From the NCBI RefSeq assembly GCF_002571385.2, contig NW_019217964.1, positions 276,731 to 340,730 on the forward strand: DNA of 64,000 nucleotides. The letters are read 5' to 3'. Below are positions 63,171 through 64,000 of the stretch, piece after piece. The DNA comes from Stylophora pistillata. Lineage: Eukaryota. The notes beneath the pieces were generated by a model. That model saw only the letters and a program-made list of their open reading frames with translations. It ran no database searches and was not told the origin of the DNA. How positions within the stretch are numbered: the first letter of the stretch is position 1; each line of letters begins with the position of its first letter. The position numbers and the translations under genes were made by a program.

Positions 63171-64000
63171 TCACAAATACAGTGAAGGTAAAAATCAAAA
63201 ATCATTTTTATTTCATTATAATTGAAAATGGATAAAAGAAAGGAGAACTAAGGAGGAAAAAGTAATTTGTCTTATAATTGGAATTGCTTTGAGCTTCAAT
63301 GTACACTGCATGATTTTCCCATAATTAATATGCCATCGAATCACATTTCAACCCTAGTTCCCCTTGTATACGGACTTACACCTTCCTCGCTGTTCCATCG
63401 GATTTTTTTCGTAAATTCCTTAAGTTATTCGCCATACAAGTCGCTATCCTCTTCTCCTTTGACGACTAAAATGTAACAAGTTTGACAACAGCGTCACGCA
63501 ATCTCTCTATGGCGCACTCGAAGCTCCTTTGGTCAGCGGCTGTGTCGCAAGAGAATGCGCTTCGCTATTGTGACACGTACGAGGATGTAAACATGGCGGC
63601 CCAGCTATATTAAAATTCAATTTCACTTCCCCGCATTTTGCAACTGAAACCGATTGGTGTACTCGATATCTTACCACGAAGTGTTACGGTTTTTGCGATT
63701 AAATTGGGGAAGCATAAGAGATGCTGATGCTCTAATTACGCAGAAGGAAGACAAATTTTGTACTTACTCCTCAAAGTGAAGTACGTATTGAGTAAACCTA
63801 GGCCAGCAGAGTAATTTACATTTTGCAGTTATCAATACTAAGTCGTGGCTTTTTGTAATTTTAGTCATTTTCTAGGAATCCTAAACTAATCAGGAGAGTT
63901 TCCCTCTGAGTTTCTCGTACCTATATTGCTTTGATGCTTTCGGTATTGAAAAGTTATAACTGTAATTTGAAGCGGATTGAAGAATTGCCAGCTTGGTTTA

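Noticed and set aside
63585-63613. aacATGGCGG start-like/YY1-like motif suggesting another gene
   Set aside because: The frame closes after 6 codons and no downstream exon can be supported within the window. It may be a promoter, but this cannot be shown here.

Overview
AT-rich, intron-containing animal genomic DNA. The repeat families and gene content look like a cnidarian, probably a stony coral (inference). Genes reconstructed by hand from GT-AG junctions: a steroid-sulfatase-like gene (-) in which essentially all catalytic residues are replaced; two tandem calmodulin-like genes (+); ATRIP (+, 10 exons); an intronless TFAM-like gene with three HMG boxes (+); a many-exon PNPT1/PNPase gene (+); and CHCHD7/COX23 (+). 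Introns and intergenic DNA contain a pogo/Tigger transposon, several MITEs, LINE fragments, tRNA-derived SINEs and Penelope-type hammerhead remnants. The most striking structure is a 2.47-kb near-perfect palindrome (42273-44744). It is made of two convergent copies of a truncated SAP-SWIM transposon-type gene and ends about 40 bp upstream of the PNPT1 start codon. Other items of note: an intact pseudo-sulfatase, a TSD-flanked inverted array of 247-bp tRNA-containing units, and a duplicated terminal calmodulin exon. There are two assembly gaps, and the 1.3-kb duplication around the second is probably an assembly artefact. All family assignments are from motif recognition; no searches were run.
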